From positions 30,690,001-30,754,000 of the forward strand of contig OZ024760.1 in NCBI GenBank assembly GCA_964016885.1: a stretch of DNA of 64,000 bases. Reading direction: 5' to 3'. Made by a program: the position numbers and the translations under genes. Under the pieces are notes generated by a model, which was not told where the DNA came from, searched no databases, and saw nothing but the letters and a program-made list of their open reading frames with translations. The stretch is from Eledone cirrhosa (lineage: Eukaryota). Of this stretch, positions 42,417-55,779 are shown piece after piece. Position 1 is the first letter of the stretch; every line of letters starts with the position of its first letter.

Positions 42417-44610
42417 GTGTAATGTAATGTAATGTAATGTAATGTAATGTAATGTAATGTAATGTAATGTGTAATGTAATGTAATGTAATGTAATGTAAT
42501 GTGTAATATGTAATGTAATGTAATGTAATGTAATGTAATATGTAATGTATTATAATATAATATAATATAATATAATATAATATAATATAATATAATATAA
42601 TATGTAATGTAATGTAATGTAATGTAATGTAATGTAACGTAATGTTTAATGTAATGTAATGTGTAATGTAATGTAATGTAATGTAATGTAATGTGTAATG
42701 TAATGTAATGTGTAATGTAATGTAATGTAAAGTAATGTTATCTGTAATGTAATGTAATGTAATGTAATGTAATGTAATGTGTAATGTGTAATGTAATGTA
42801 ATGTAATGTAATGTGTAATGTGTAATGTAATGTAATGTAATGTAATGTAATGTAATGTGTAATGTAATGTAATGTAATGTAATGTAATGTAATGTAATGT
42901 AATGTAATGTAATGTAATGTAATGTGTAATGTAATGTAATGTAATGTAGTGTGTAATGTAATGTAATGTAATGTAATGTAATGTAATGTAATGTGTAATG
43001 TGTAATGTAATGTAATGTAATGTAATGTAATGTAATGTAATGTGTAATGTAATGTAATGTAATGTAATGTATAATGTAATGTAATGTAATGTAATGTAAT
43101 GTAATGTAATGTAATGTAATGTAATGTATAATGTAAGGTAACGTAATGTAATGTGTAATGTAATGTAATGTAATATAATGTGTAATGTAAAGTAATGTAA
43201 TGTAATGTAATGTAATGTAATGTGTAATGTAATTTAATGTAATGTAATGTAATGTTATGTAATGTAATGTAATGTGTAAGGTGTAATGTAATGTAATGTA
43301 ATGTAATGTAATGTAATGTGTAATGTAATGTAATGTAATGTAATGTAATGTTATGTAATGTGTAATGTAAGGTAATGTAACGTAATGCAATGTAATGTAA
43401 TATGTAATGTAATGTAATGTATTGTGTAATGTAAGGTAATGTAATGTAATGTAATGTAATGTAATGTAATGTAATGTGTAATGTAATGTAATGTAATGTA
43501 ATGTGGAATGTAATGTAATGTAATGTAATGTGTAATGTAATGTAATGTAATGTAATATAATGTAATGTGTAATGTAATGTAATGTAATGTGATGTAATAT
43601 AATGTAATGTGTAATGTAATGTAATGTAATGTAATGTGTAATGTAATGTAATGTAATGTAATGTAATGTAATGTGTAATGTAATGTAATGTAATGTGTAA
43701 CGTAAGGTAACGTAATGTAATGTAATGTAATGTAATGTAATGTAATGTATGGTAATGTAATGTAATGTAATGTGTAATGTAATATAATGTAATGTAATGT
43801 AATGTAATGTAATGTAATGTAATGTAATGTAATGTGTAATGTAATGTAATGTAATGTAATGTAATGTAATGTAATGCAATGTAATGTAATGTAATGTGTA
43901 ATGTAATGTAATGTAATGTGTAATGTAATGTAATGTAATGTAATGTAATGTGTAATTTAATGTAATATAATGTAATGTAATGTAATGTGTAATGTAACGT
44001 AACAGAATGTAATGTAATGTAATGTAATGTAATGTAATGTAATGTAATGTAATGTGTAATGTAATGTAATGTAATGTGTAATGTATTGTAATGTAATGTA
44101 GTGTAATGTAATGTAATGTGTAATGTAATGTGATGTAATGTAATGTAATGTAATGTAATGTGTAATGTAATGTAGTGTAATGTAATGTAATGTAATGTAA
44201 TGTAATGTGTAATGTAATGTGTAATGTAATGTAATGTAATGTAATATAATCTAATGTAATGTGTAATGTAATGTAATGTAATATAATGTAAAGTGTAATG
44301 TAATGTAATGTAATGTAATGTAATGTGTAATGTAATGTAATGTAATGTAATGTGTAATGTCATGTAATGCAACATAATGTGTAATGTAATGTAATGTAAT
44401 GTAATGTAATGTAACGTAATGTAATGTAATGTAACGTGTAATGTAATGTAATGTAATGTAATGTAATATGTAATGTAATATAATATAATATTATATAATA
44501 TAAAATAATATAATATACTATGTAATGTAATGTAATGTAATGTAATGTAATGTAATGTAAAGTAATGTAACGTAATGTTTAATGTAATGTAATGTGTAAT
44601 GTAATGTAAT

Positions 44611-44714
44611 TGTTTCTACTTTAGGCACAAGGCCAGCAATAACCCAGTGCATTACTGGTACTTTATTTTATCGACCCCGTAAGGATGAAAGGCAAAGTCA
44701 ACCTCGGCGGGATT
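44611..44714 (-). mobile_element. SINE copy 19, 5'-truncated to 104 bp, chimeric
   Basis: Has tttagg and caataaccc like full-length copies 22/24/25, but the same truncation point as copy 14. Confidence 0.87.
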
Positions 44715-46567
44715 GTGTAATGTAATGTAATGTAATGTAATGTAATGTAATGTAATGTGTAATGTAATGTAATGTAATGTAATGTAATGTAATGTGTAAT
44801 GTAATGTAATGTAATGTAATGTAATGTAATGTAATGTAATGTAATGTAATGTAATGTAATGTGTAATGTAATGTAATGTAATGTAGTGTGTAATGTAATG
44901 TAATGTAATGTAATGTAATGTAATGTAATGTGTAATGTGTAATGTAATGTAATGTAATGTAATGTAATGTAATGTAATGTGTAATGTAATGTAATGTAAT
45001 GTAATGTATAATGTAATGTAATGTAATGTAATGTAATGTAATGTAATGTAATGTAATGTAATGTAATGTAATGTATAATGTAAGGTAACGTAATGTAATG
45101 TAATGTGTAATGTAATGTAATGTAATATAATGTGTAATGTAAAGTAATGTAATGTAATGTAATGTAATGTAATGTGTAATGTAATTTAATGTAATGTAAT
45201 GTAATGTTATGTAATGTAATGTAATGTGTAAGGTGTAATGTAATGTAATGTAATGTAATGTAATGTAATGTGTAATGTAATGTAATGTAATGTAATGTAA
45301 TGTTATGTAATGTGTAATGTAAGGTAATGTAACGTAATGCAATGTAATGTAATATGTAATGTAATGTAATGTATTGTGTAATGTAAGGTAATGTAATGTA
45401 ATGTAATGTAATGTAATGTAATGTAATGTAATGTGTAATGTAATGTAATGTAATGTAATGTGGAATGTAATGTAATGTAATGTAATGTGTAATGTAATGT
45501 AATGCAATGTAATATAATGTAATGTGTAATGTAATGTAATGTAATGTAATGTAATATAATGTAATGTGTAATGTAATGTAATGTAATGTAATGTGTAATG
45601 TAATGTAATGTAATGTAATGTAATGTAATGTGTAATGTAATGTAATGTAATGTAATGTGTAACGTAAGGTAACGTAATGTAATGTAATGTAATGTAATGT
45701 AATGTAATGTATGGTAATGTAATGTAATGTAATGTGTAATGTAATATAATGTAATGTAATGTAATGTAATGTAATGTAATGTAATGTAATGTGTAATGTA
45801 ATGTAATGTAATGTAATGTAATGTAATGTAATGCAATGTAATGTAATGTAATGTGTAATGTAATGTAATGTAATGTGTAATGTAATGTAATGTAATGTAA
45901 TGTAATGTGTAATTTAATGTAATATAATGTAATGTAATGTAATGTGTAATGTAACGTAACAGAATGTAATGTAATGTAATGTAATGTAATGTAATGTAAT
46001 GTAATGTAATGTGTAATGTAATGTAATGTAATGTGTAATGTATTGTAATGTAATGTAGTGTAATGTAATGTAATGTGTAATGTAATGTGATGTAATGTAA
46101 TGTAATGTAATGTAATGTGTAATGTAATGTAGTGTAATGTAATGTAATGTAATGTAATGTAATGTGTAATGTAATGTGTAATGTAATGTAATGTAATGTA
46201 ATATAATCTAATGTAATGTGTAATGTAATGTAATGTAATATAATGTAAAGTGTAATGTAATGTAATGTAATGTAATGTAATGTGTAATGTAATGTAATGT
46301 AATGTAATGTGTAATGTCATGTAATGCAACATAATGTGTAATGTAATGTAATGTAATGTAATGTAATGTAACGTAATGTAATGTAATGTAACGTGTAATG
46401 TAATGTAATGTAATGTAATGTAATATGTAATGTAATATAATATAATATTATATAATATAAAATAATATAATATACTATGTAATGTAATGTAATGTAATGT
46501 AATGTAATGTAATGTAAAGTAATGTAACGTAATGTTTAATGTAATGTAATGTGTAATGTAATGTAAT

Positions 46568-46671
46568 TGTTTCTACTTTAGGCACAAGGCCAGCAATAAC
46601 CCAGTGCATTACTGGTACTTTATTTTATCGACCCCGTAAGGATGAAAGGCAAAGTCAACCTCGGCGGGATT
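46568..46671 (-). mobile_element. SINE copy 20, 5'-truncated to 104 bp, chimeric
   Basis: Same as copy 19. Confidence 0.87.
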
Positions 46672-46846
46672 GTGTAATGTAATGTAATGTAATGTAATGT
46701 AATGTAATGTAATGTAATGTGTAATGTAATGTAATGTAATGTAATGTAATGTAATGTAATGTAATGTGTAATGTACTGCAATGCAATGCAATGTAATGTA
46801 ATGTAATGTGTAATGTAATGTAATGTAATGTGTAATGTAATGTAAT

Positions 46847-46950
46847 TGTTTCTACTTTTGGCACAAGGCCAGCAATTACCCAGTGCATTACTGGTACTTT
46901 ATTTTATCGACCCCGTAAGGATGAAAGGCAAAGTCAACCTCGACGGGATT
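46847..46950 (-). mobile_element. SINE copy 21, 5'-truncated to 104 bp
   Basis: ttttgg type with private variant ctcgAcggg. Confidence 0.87.
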
Positions 46951-49164
46951 GTGTAATGTAATGTAATGTAATGTAATGTAATGTAATGTAATGTAATGTG
47001 TAATGTAATGTAATGTAATGTAATGTAATGTGTAATATGTAATGTAATGTAATGTAATGTAATGTAATATGTAATGTATTATAATATAATATAATATAAT
47101 ATAATATAATATAATATAATATAATATAATATGTAATGTAATGTAATGTAATGTAATGTAATGTAATGTAACGTAATGTTTAATGTAATGTAATGTGTAA
47201 TGTAATGTAATGTAATGTAATGTAATGTGTAATGTAATGTAATGTGTAATGTAATGTAATGTAAAGTAATGTAATGTTATCTGTAATGTAATGTAATGTA
47301 ATGTAATGTAATGTAATGTAATGTGTAATGTGTAATGTAATGTAATGTAATGTAATGTGTAATGTGTAATGTAATGTAATGTAATGTAATGTAATGTAAT
47401 GTAATGTAATGTAATGTGTAATGTAATGTAATGTAATGTAATGTAATGTAATGTAATGTAATGTAATGTGTAATGTAATGTAATGTAATGTAGTGTGTAA
47501 TGTAATGTAATGTAATGTAATGTAATGTAATGTAATGTAATGTGTAATGTGTAATGTAATGTAATGTAATGTAATGTAATGTAATGTGTAATGTAATGTA
47601 ATGTAATGTAATGTATAATGTAATGTAATGTAATGTAATGTAATGTAATGTAATGTAATGTAATGTAATGTAATGTAATGTATAATGTAAGGTAACGTAA
47701 TGTAATGTAATGTGTAATGTAATGTAATGTAATATAATGTGTAATGTAAAGTAATGTAATGTAATGTAATGTAATGTAATGTGTAATGTAATTTAATGTA
47801 ATGTAATGTAATGTTATGTAATGTAATGTAATGTGTAAGGTGTAATGTAATGTAATGTAATGTAATGTAATGTAATGTGTAATGTAATGTAATGTAATGT
47901 AATGTTATGTAATGTGTAATGTAAGGTAATGTAACGTAATGCAATGTAATGTAATATGTAATGTAATGTAATGTATTGTGTAATGTAAGGTAATGTAATG
48001 TAATGTAATGTAATGTAATGTAATGTAATGTAATGTGTAATGTAATGTAATGTAATGTAATGTGGAATGTAATGTAATGTAATGTGTAATGTAATGTAAT
48101 GTAATGTAATATAATGTAATGTGTAATGTAATGTAATGTAATGTAATGTAATATAATGTAATGTGTAATGTAATGTAATGTAATGTAATGTGTAATGTAA
48201 TGTAATGTAATGTAATGTAATGTAATGTAATGTGTAATGTAATGTAATGTAATGTGTAACGTAAGGTAACGTAATGTAATGTAATGTAATGTAATGTAAT
48301 GTATGGTAATGTAATGTAATGTAATGTGTAATGTAATGTAATGTAATGTAATGTAATGTAATGTAATGTAATGTAATGTAATGTAATGTAATGTAATGTA
48401 ATGTGTAATGTAATGTAATGTAATGTAATGTAATGTAATGTAATGCAATGTAATGTAATGTAATGTGTAATGTAATGTAATGTAATGTGTAATGTAATGT
48501 AATGTAATGTAATGTAATGTGTAATTTAATGTAATATAATGTAATGTAATGTAATGTGTAATGTAACGTAACATAATGTAATGTAATGTAATGTAATGTA
48601 ATGTAATGTAATGTGTAATGTAATGTAATGTAATGTGTAATGTATTGTAATGTAATGTAGTGTAATGTAATGTAATGTGTAATGTAATGTGATGTAATGT
48701 AATGTAATGTAATGTAATGTGTAATGTAATGTAGTGTAATGTAATGTAATGTAATGTAATGTAATGTGTAATGTAATGTGTAATGTAATGTAATGTAATG
48801 TAATATAATCTAATGTAATGTGTAATGTAATGTAATGTAATATAATGTAAAGTGTAATGTAATGTAATGTAATGTAATGTGTAATGTAATGTAATGTAAT
48901 GTAATGTGTAATGTCATGTAATGCAACATAATGTGTAATGTAATGTAATTTAATGTAATGTAATGTAACGTAATGTAATGTAATGTAACGTGTAATGTAA
49001 TGTAATGTAATGTAATGTAATATGTAATGTAATATAATATAATATTATATAATATAAAATAATATAATATACTATGTAATGTAATGTAATGTAATGTAAT
49101 GTAATGTAATGTAAAGTAATGTAACGTAATGTTTAATGTAATGTAATGTGTAATGTAATGTAAT

Positions 49165-49348
49165 TGTTTCTACTTTAGGCACAAGGCCAGCAATAACCCA
49201 GTGCATTACTGGTACTTTATTTTATCGACCCCGTAAGGATGAAAGGCAAAGTCAACCTCGGCGGGATTTGAACTCAGATCGTAAAGGGACGTAACTATGC
49301 TGGAAAGCATGGCGTCTGACCCTCTACCGATACTGCCAATCCACCGCC
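49165..49348 (-). mobile_element. SINE copy 22, full length, subfamily B (caataaccc)
   Basis: B diagnostics. Confidence 0.88.
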
Positions 49349-51309
49349 AATGTGTAATGTAATGTAATGTAATGTGTAATGTAATGTAATGTGTAATGTA
49401 ATGTAATGTAATGTAATGTAATGTAATGTAATGTAATCTGTAATGTAATGTAATGTAATGTAATGTGTAATGTAATGTAATGTAATGTAATGTAATGTAA
49501 TATACCGTAATGTAATGTGTAATGTAATGTAATGTATAATGTAATGTAATGTAATGTAATGTAATGTAATGTGTAATGTGTAATATAATGTAATGTAATG
49601 TAATGTAATGTAACGTAATGTAACGTAATGTAATGTAATGTAATGTAATGTGTAATGTGTAATGTAATGTAATGTAATGTAATGTAATGTAATGTCTAAT
49701 GTGTAATGTAATGTAATGTAATGTAATATAATGTAATATAATGTAATGTGTAATGTAATGTAATGTAATGAAATGTAATGTAAAGTGTAATTCTAATGTA
49801 ACGTAATGTAATGTGTAATGTAATGTAATGTAATGTAATGTAATGTAATATAATGTGTAATGTAATGTAATGTAAAGTGTAACGTAATGTAATGTAATGT
49901 AATGTAATGTAATGTAATGTAATGTGTAATGTAATGTAATGTAACGTAATGTGTAATGTAATGTAATGTAATGTAATGTAATATAAAGTAATGTAATGTG
50001 CAATGTAATGTAATGTAATGTAATGTAATGTGTAATGTAATGTAATGTAATGTAATGTGTAATGTCATGTAATGTAATGTAACGTGTAATGTAAGGTAAC
50101 GTAATGTAATGTAATGTAATGTAATGTGTAATGTAATGTAATGTAATGTAATGTAACGTGTAATTTAATGTAATGTAATGTAATGTAATGTAATGTGTAA
50201 TGTAACGTAATGTATTGTAATGTAATGTAATTTAATGTAATGTAATGTAATGTAATGTGTAATGTAATGTAATGTAATGTAATGTAATTTGTAATGTAAT
50301 GTAATGTAATGTAATGTGTAACATAATGTAATGTAATGTAATGTAATGTGTAATGTAATGTAATGTAATGTAATGTAATGTAATGCGTAACGTAATGTAA
50401 TGTAATGTAATGTAATGTGTAATATAATACAACGTAATGTAATGTAATGTAATGTAATATGTAATGTAATATAATATGATATTATATAATATAATATAAT
50501 ATAATATACTATGTAATGTAATGTAATGTAATGTAATGTAATGTAATGTAATGTAAAGTAATGTAATGTAATGTAATGTAATGTAATGTAATGTAATGTA
50601 ATGTAATGTAATGTGTAATGTAACGTAATGTAATGTAATGTAATGTAATGTGTAATGTAATGTAATGTGTAATGTAATGTAATGTAATGTAATGTAATGT
50701 AATGTGTAATGTAATGTAATGTAATGTAATGTAATGTAATGTAATGTGTAATGTAATGTAATGTAATGTAATGTGTAATGTAATGTAATGTAATGTGTAA
50801 TGTAATGTAATGTAATGCGTAATGTAATGTAACGTAATGTAATGTAATGTAATTTAATGTAATGTAATGTAACGTAATGTGTAATGTAATGTGTAATGTA
50901 ATGTAATGTAATCTGTAATGTAATGTAACGTAATGTAATGTGTAATGTAATGTAACGTAATGTAATGTGTAATGTAATGTAATGTAATATAATGTAATGT
51001 AATATAATGTAATGTAAAGTGTAATGTAATGTAATGTAATGTAAAGTTATGTAATGTAATGTGTAATGTAATGTAATGTAATATAATGTAATTTAATGTA
51101 AGGTAATGTAATGTAATGTAAAGTGTAATGTAATGTAATGTAATGTAATGTAATGTAATGTAATGTGTAATGTAATGTAATATAATGTAATGTAATGTAA
51201 TGTAATGTGTAATGTAATGTAATGTAATGTAATGTAATGTAATATAATGTGTAATGTAATGTAATGTAATGTGTAATGTAATGTAATGTAATGTGTAATG
51301 TAATGTAAT

Positions 51310-51413
51310 TGTTTCTACTTTTGGCACAAGGCCAGCAATTACCCAGTGCATTACTGGTACTTTATTTTATCGACCCCGTAAGGATGAAAGGCAAAGTCAA
51401 CCTCGGTGGGATT
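51310..51413 (-). mobile_element. SINE copy 23, 5'-truncated to 104 bp
   Basis: ttttgg type with private variant cggTggg. Confidence 0.87.
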
Positions 51414-53572
51414 GTGTAATGTAATGTAATGTAATGTAATGTAATGTAATGTAATGTAATGTGTAATGTAATGTAATGTAATGTAATGTAATGTGTAATA
51501 TGTAATGTAATGTAATGTAATGTAATGTAATGTAATATGTAATGTATTATAATATAATATAATATAATATAATATAATATAATATGTAATGTAATGTAAT
51601 GTAATGTAATGTAATGTAATGTAACGTAATGTTTAATGTAATGTAATGTGTAATGTAATGTAATGTAATGTAATGTGTAATGTAATGTAATGTTTAATGT
51701 AATGTAATGTAAAGTAATGTAATGTTATCTGTAATGTAATGTAATGTAATGTAATGTAATGTGTAATGTGTAATGTAATGTAATGTAATGTAATGTGTAA
51801 TGTGTAATGTAATGTAATGTAATGTAATGTAATGTAATGTGTAATGTAATGTAATGTAATGTAATGTAATGTAATGTAATGTAATGTAATGTAATGTAAT
51901 GTGTAATGTAATGTAATGTAATATAGTGTGTAATGTAATGTAATGTAATGTAATGTAATGTAATGTAATGTGTAATGTGTAATGTAATGTAATGTAATGT
52001 AATGTAATGTAATGTAATGTGTAATGTAATGTAATGTAATGTAATGTATAATGTAATGTAATGTAATGTAATGTAATGTAATGTAATGTAATGTAATGTA
52101 ATGTAATGTAATGTATAATGTAAGGTAACGTAATGTAATGTAATGTGTAATGTAATGTAATGTAATATAATGTGTAATGTAAAGTAATGTAATGTAATGT
52201 AATGTAATGTAATGTGTAATGTAATTTAATGTAATGTAATGTAATGTTATGTAATGTAATGTAATGTGTAAGGTGTAATGTAATGTAATGTAATGTAATG
52301 TAATGTGTAATGTAATGTAATGTAATGTAATGTAATGTTATGTAATGTGTAATGTAAGGTAATGTAACGTAATGCAATGTAATGTAATATGTAATGTAAT
52401 GTAATGTATTGTGTAATGTAAGGTAATGTAATGTAATGTAATGTAATGTAATGTAATGTAATGTGTAATGTAATGTAATGTAATGTAATGTGGAATGTAA
52501 TGTAATGTAATGTAATGTGTAATGTAATGTAATGTAATGTAATAGAATGTAATGTGTAATGTAATGTAATGTAATGTAATGTAATATAATGTAATGTGTA
52601 ATGTAATGTAATGTAATGTAATGTGTAATGTAATGTAATGTAATGTAATGTAATGTAATGTGTAATGTAATGTAATGTAATGTAATGTGTAACGTAAGGT
52701 AACGTAATGTAATGTAATGTAATGTAATGTAATGTATGGTAATGTAATGTAATGTAATGTGTAATGTAATGTAATGTAATGTAATGTAATGTAATGTAAT
52801 GTAATGTAATGTAATGTGTAATGTAATGTAATGTAATCTAATGTAATGTAATGCAATGTAATGTAATGTAATGTGTAATGTAATGTAATGTAATGTGTAA
52901 TGTAATGTAATGTAATGTAATGTAATGTGTAATTTAATGTAATATAATGTAATGTAATGTAATGTGTAATGTAACGTAACATAATGTAATGTAATGTAAT
53001 GTAATGTAATGTAATGTGTAATGTAATGTAATGTAATGTGTAATGTATTGTAATGTAATGTAGTGTAATGTAATGTAATGTGTAATGTAATGTGATGTAA
53101 TGTAATGTAATGTAATGTAATGTGTAATGTAATGTAGTGTAATGTAATGTAATGTAATGTAATGTAATGTGTAATGTAATGTGTAATGTAATGTAATGTA
53201 ATGTAATATAATCTAATGTAAAGTGTAATGTAATGTAATGTAATATAATGTAAAGTGTAATGTAACGTAATGTAATGTAATGTAATGTGTAATGTAATGT
53301 AATGTAATGTAATGTGTAATGTCATGTAATGCAACATAATGTGTAATGTAATGTAATGTAATGTAATGTAATGTAACGTAATGTAATGTAATGTAACGTG
53401 TAATGTAATGTAATGTAATGTAATGTAATATGTAATGTAATATAATATAATATTATATAATATAAAATAATATAATATACTATGTAATGTAATGTAATGT
53501 AATGTAATGTAATGTAATGTAAAGTAATGTAACGTAATGTTTAATGTAATGTAATGTGTAATGTAATGTAAT

Positions 53573-53756
53573 TGTTTCTACTTTAGGCACAAGGCCAGCA
53601 ATAACCCAGTGCATTACTGGTACTTTATTTTATCGACCCCGTAAGGATGAAAGGCAAAGTCAACCTCGGCGGGATTTGAACTCAGATCGTAAAGGGACGT
53701 AACTATGCTGGAAAGCATGGCGTCTGACCGTCTACCGATACTGCCAATCCACCGCC
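53573..53756 (-). mobile_element. SINE copy 24, full length, subfamily B (caataaccc)
   Basis: B diagnostics with private variant gaccGtct. Confidence 0.88.
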
Positions 53757-55595
53757 AATGTGTAATGTAATGTAATGTAATGTGTAATGTAATGTAATGT
53801 GTAATGTAATGTAATGTAATGTAATGTAATCTGTAATGTAATGTAATGTGTAATGTAATGTAATGTAATGTAATGTAATGTAATATACCGTAATGTAATG
53901 TGTAATGTAATGTAATGTATAATGTAATGTAATGTAATGTAATGTAATGTAATGTAATGTGTAATGCGTAATGTAATGTAATGTAATGTAATGTGTAATG
54001 TAATGTAACGTAATGTAATGTGTAATGTAATGTAATGTAATGAAATGTAATATAATGTGTAATGTAGTGTAATGTAAAGTGTAACGTGATGTAATGTAAT
54101 GTAATGTAACGTAATGTGTAATGTAATGTAATGTAATGTAATATAAAGTAATGTAATGTGTAATGTAATGTAATGTAATGTAATGTGTAATGTAATGTAA
54201 TGTAATGTAATGTAATGTGTAATGTCATGTAATGTAATGTAACGTGTAATGTAATGTAATGTAATGTGTAATGTAAGGTAACGTAATGTAATGTAATGTA
54301 ACGTAATGTGTAATGTAATGTAATGTAATGTAATCTAACGTGTAATTTAATGTCATGTAATGTAATGTAATGTAATGTAATGTATGGTAATGTAATGTAA
54401 TGTAATGTGTAATGTAACGTAATGTAATGTAATGTAATGTAATGTAATGTATAATGTAATGTAATGTAATGTAATGTAATGTAATGTGTAATGTAATGTA
54501 ATGTAATGTAATGTAATGTAATGTAATATAATGTAATGTGTATTGTAATGTAATGTAATGTAATGTAATGTAATGTAATGTGTAATGTAATGTAATGTGT
54601 AATGTAATGTAATGTACTGTGTAATGTCATGTAATGTAATATGATGTGTAATCTAATGTAATGTAATGTAATGTAATGTAATGTAACGTGTAATGTAACG
54701 TAATGTAATGTAATGTAACGTGTAATGTAATGTAATGTAATGTAATGTAATGTAATGTAATGTCTAATGTAATGTAATGTAATGTAATGTAATGTAATGT
54801 GTAATGTAATGTAATGTAATGTAATGTAATGTGTAATGTAATGTGTAATGTAATGTAATGTAATGTAATGTAATGTAATGTAATGTGTAATGTAATGTGT
54901 AATGTAATGTAATGTAATGTATAATGTAATGTAATGTAATGTAATGTGTAACGTAATGTAATGTAATGTAATGTAATGTGTAATGTGTAATGTGTAATGT
55001 AATGTAATGAAATATAATGTAATGTAATTTAATGTAATGTAATGTGTAATGTAATGTAATGTAATGTAATGTAATGTAATGTAATGTAATGTAATGTGTC
55101 ATGTAATGTAATGTAATGTAATGTAATGTAATGTAATGTAATGTAATGTGTAATATGTAATGTAATGTAATGTAATGTAATGTAATATGTAATGTATTAT
55201 AATATAATATAATATAATATAATATAATATAATATAATATGTAATGTAATGTAATGTAACGTAATGTAATGTGTAATGTAATGTAATGTAATGTAATGTG
55301 TAATGTAATGTAAAGTGTAATGTAATGTAATGTAATGTAATGTAATGTAATGTAATGTAATGTAATGTGTAATGTAATGTAATGTAATGTAATGTAATGT
55401 GTAATGTAATGTAATGTAATGTAATGTGTAATGTAATGTAATGTAATGTAATGTAATATGTAATGTAATATAATATAATATTATATAATATAAAATAATA
55501 TAATATACTATGTAATGTAATGTAATGTAATGTAATGTAATGTAAAGTAATGTAACGTAATGTTTAATGTAATGTAATGTGTAATGTAATGTAAT

Positions 55596-55779
55596 TGTTT
55601 CTACTTTAGGCACAAGGCCAGCAATAACCCAGTGCATTACTGGTACTTTATTTTATCGACCCCGTAAGGATGAAAGGCAAAGTCAACCTCGGCGGGATTT
55701 GAACTCAGATCGTAAAGGGACGTAACTATGCTGGAAAGCATGGCGTCTGACCCTCTACCGATACTGCCAATCCACCGCC
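55596..55779 (-). mobile_element. SINE copy 25, full length, subfamily B (caataaccc)
   Basis: B diagnostics. Confidence 0.88.

Larger units (their letters stand above)
34600..42420. repeat. ~3.79-kb higher-order tandem duplication (truncated plus variant C SINE per unit)
   Basis: Offsets: copies 14 to 16 = 3793, 15 to 17 = 3790, 16 to 18 = about 3780. Near-identical ORF-track translations at the same offset. Confidence 0.8.
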
